Made by a program: the position numbers and the translations under genes. A DNA stretch of 9,437 nt from Paraspadella gotoi (lineage: Eukaryota; Animalia; Chaetognatha). The number at the start of each line of letters is the position of its first letter. Position 1 is the stretch's first letter. Positions 8,599 to 9,437 of the stretch are shown one piece after another. The stretch spans positions 1 to 9,437 of the forward strand of contig JBJCIZ010001505.1 of NCBI GenBank assembly GCA_051294375.1. The letters run 5' to 3'. Under the pieces are notes generated by a model. That model made no database searches. It was not told where the DNA came from and saw only the letters and a program-made list of their open reading frames with translations.

Positions 8599-8799
8599 TC
8601 ATATAGAACATATGCTCTTCTTCACTGCGTCATCATCAGTCTCGCGGTCAGTCTGTGTTAGAATCACAGATCTTATGATGCGCTTGTCGGGACTGTCTGA
8701 GTCGCTCGCGAATGCCACTGACGTACCGAGACCTCCATTACGCTCAGGAGTCCCGAATGGCGTGTGTGCGCCCGTTGAAAATATCCAGAAAATAATACA
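8599..8799 (-). CDS. Candidate exon, unknown product (CIIFWIFSTGAHTPFGTPERNGGLGTSVAFASDSDSPDKRIIRSVILTQTDRETDDDAVKKSICSI*)
   Basis: A good minus-strand acceptor (T-run then cactcttcag, AG at 8801-8800) is followed by a 66-codon open frame. An internal donor-like G|GTACGT after 8727 gives a shorter alternative. Confidence 0.25.
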   Translation of the reverse strand, partial: CIIFWIFSTGAHTPFGTPERNGGLGTSVAFASDSDSPDKRIIRSVILTQTDRETDDDAVKKSICSI

Positions 8800-9112
8800 C
8801 TGAAGAGTGAAAAAAAGATAATTCTTGTATAAGCGAGGACCCTCCGTAGTAACTAGAACTTATCTCCAGGTCTATACGACATATAACTGAAAACTAGTCC
8901 TTATCGTATGTGAAGTGTAGAGCAGTGGCATCGGACGTAAGACCACTTAATAATCATTATTCTCTGCTTGCTCTGATTAGCAAAGCAAATCTAACACTCA
9001 TAACGTAACCTCACGTTTCAATCTCTATGTCTCTTCAAATTTACTAAAAAGTAACTATATTCGCTTTCTCAACCCAGACAAATGTACGAATATGAATCTC
9101 AGGCCATCGACC

Positions 9113-9235
9113 TGGAGAAGAGAAAGAGAAGAGAAACGAGAAGATTAAGAGAAGCAATCAAGAGGAAGAGCATGACAGAAGAGAAGAGAGAAGAAAGAGA
9201 AAAGATGTAGAAACAGAAAATACAGAATGAAAAAA
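9113..9235. repeat. (GAGAA)-type polypurine tract
   Basis: Directly visible. Confidence 0.85.
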
Positions 9236-9437
9236 TTATTTTCAAACGACACATTGTGTACCAATTCATTAAAGTAAAGAAATGAGACAACCCCAGCATC
9301 TGAAATCTCATTAACGTGTTTTAAGGAAGCATATTTAACTGTTATCACGTTACTGTTTAAAATTAGCGGTCCTGAGGTTCTTGTTAACATGTTCCTTCAC
9401 CGCATATGTGTGTACTGATTAAAGTGGAAAACCTTAA

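Noticed and set aside
1-9437. CRISPR array, tRNA/rRNA, operon or defence-system organisation
   Set aside because: I found no regularly spaced 23-50 bp repeats with unique spacers, no cloverleaf or rRNA signatures and no long prokaryote-like ORFs.

Overview
This looks like AT-rich eukaryotic DNA that is mostly non-coding. It is a mosaic of (CT)n/(GA)n microsatellites, polypurine/polypyrimidine tracts, an (AAAT)n block and short CpG-rich patches. I see no operon, rRNA, tRNA, CRISPR array, intact transposon or complete gene. Most ORFs in the supplied track are artefacts of low-complexity sequence. The best coding evidence is two in-frame GT-AG spliced exons on + (613-736 and 886-957/966) and one exon candidate on - (7981-8114); none can be assigned to a family. 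Weaker signals are a degenerate LINE APE-endonuclease-like fragment (~6585-6867), short helicase- and transposase-like motifs (~5881-5991), an 18-bp-periodic heptamer repeat (1888-1997) and several long frames broken only by TAA/TAG. I cannot support a claim of a new biological system. The window's incoherence means a chimeric or synthetic origin should be excluded first.
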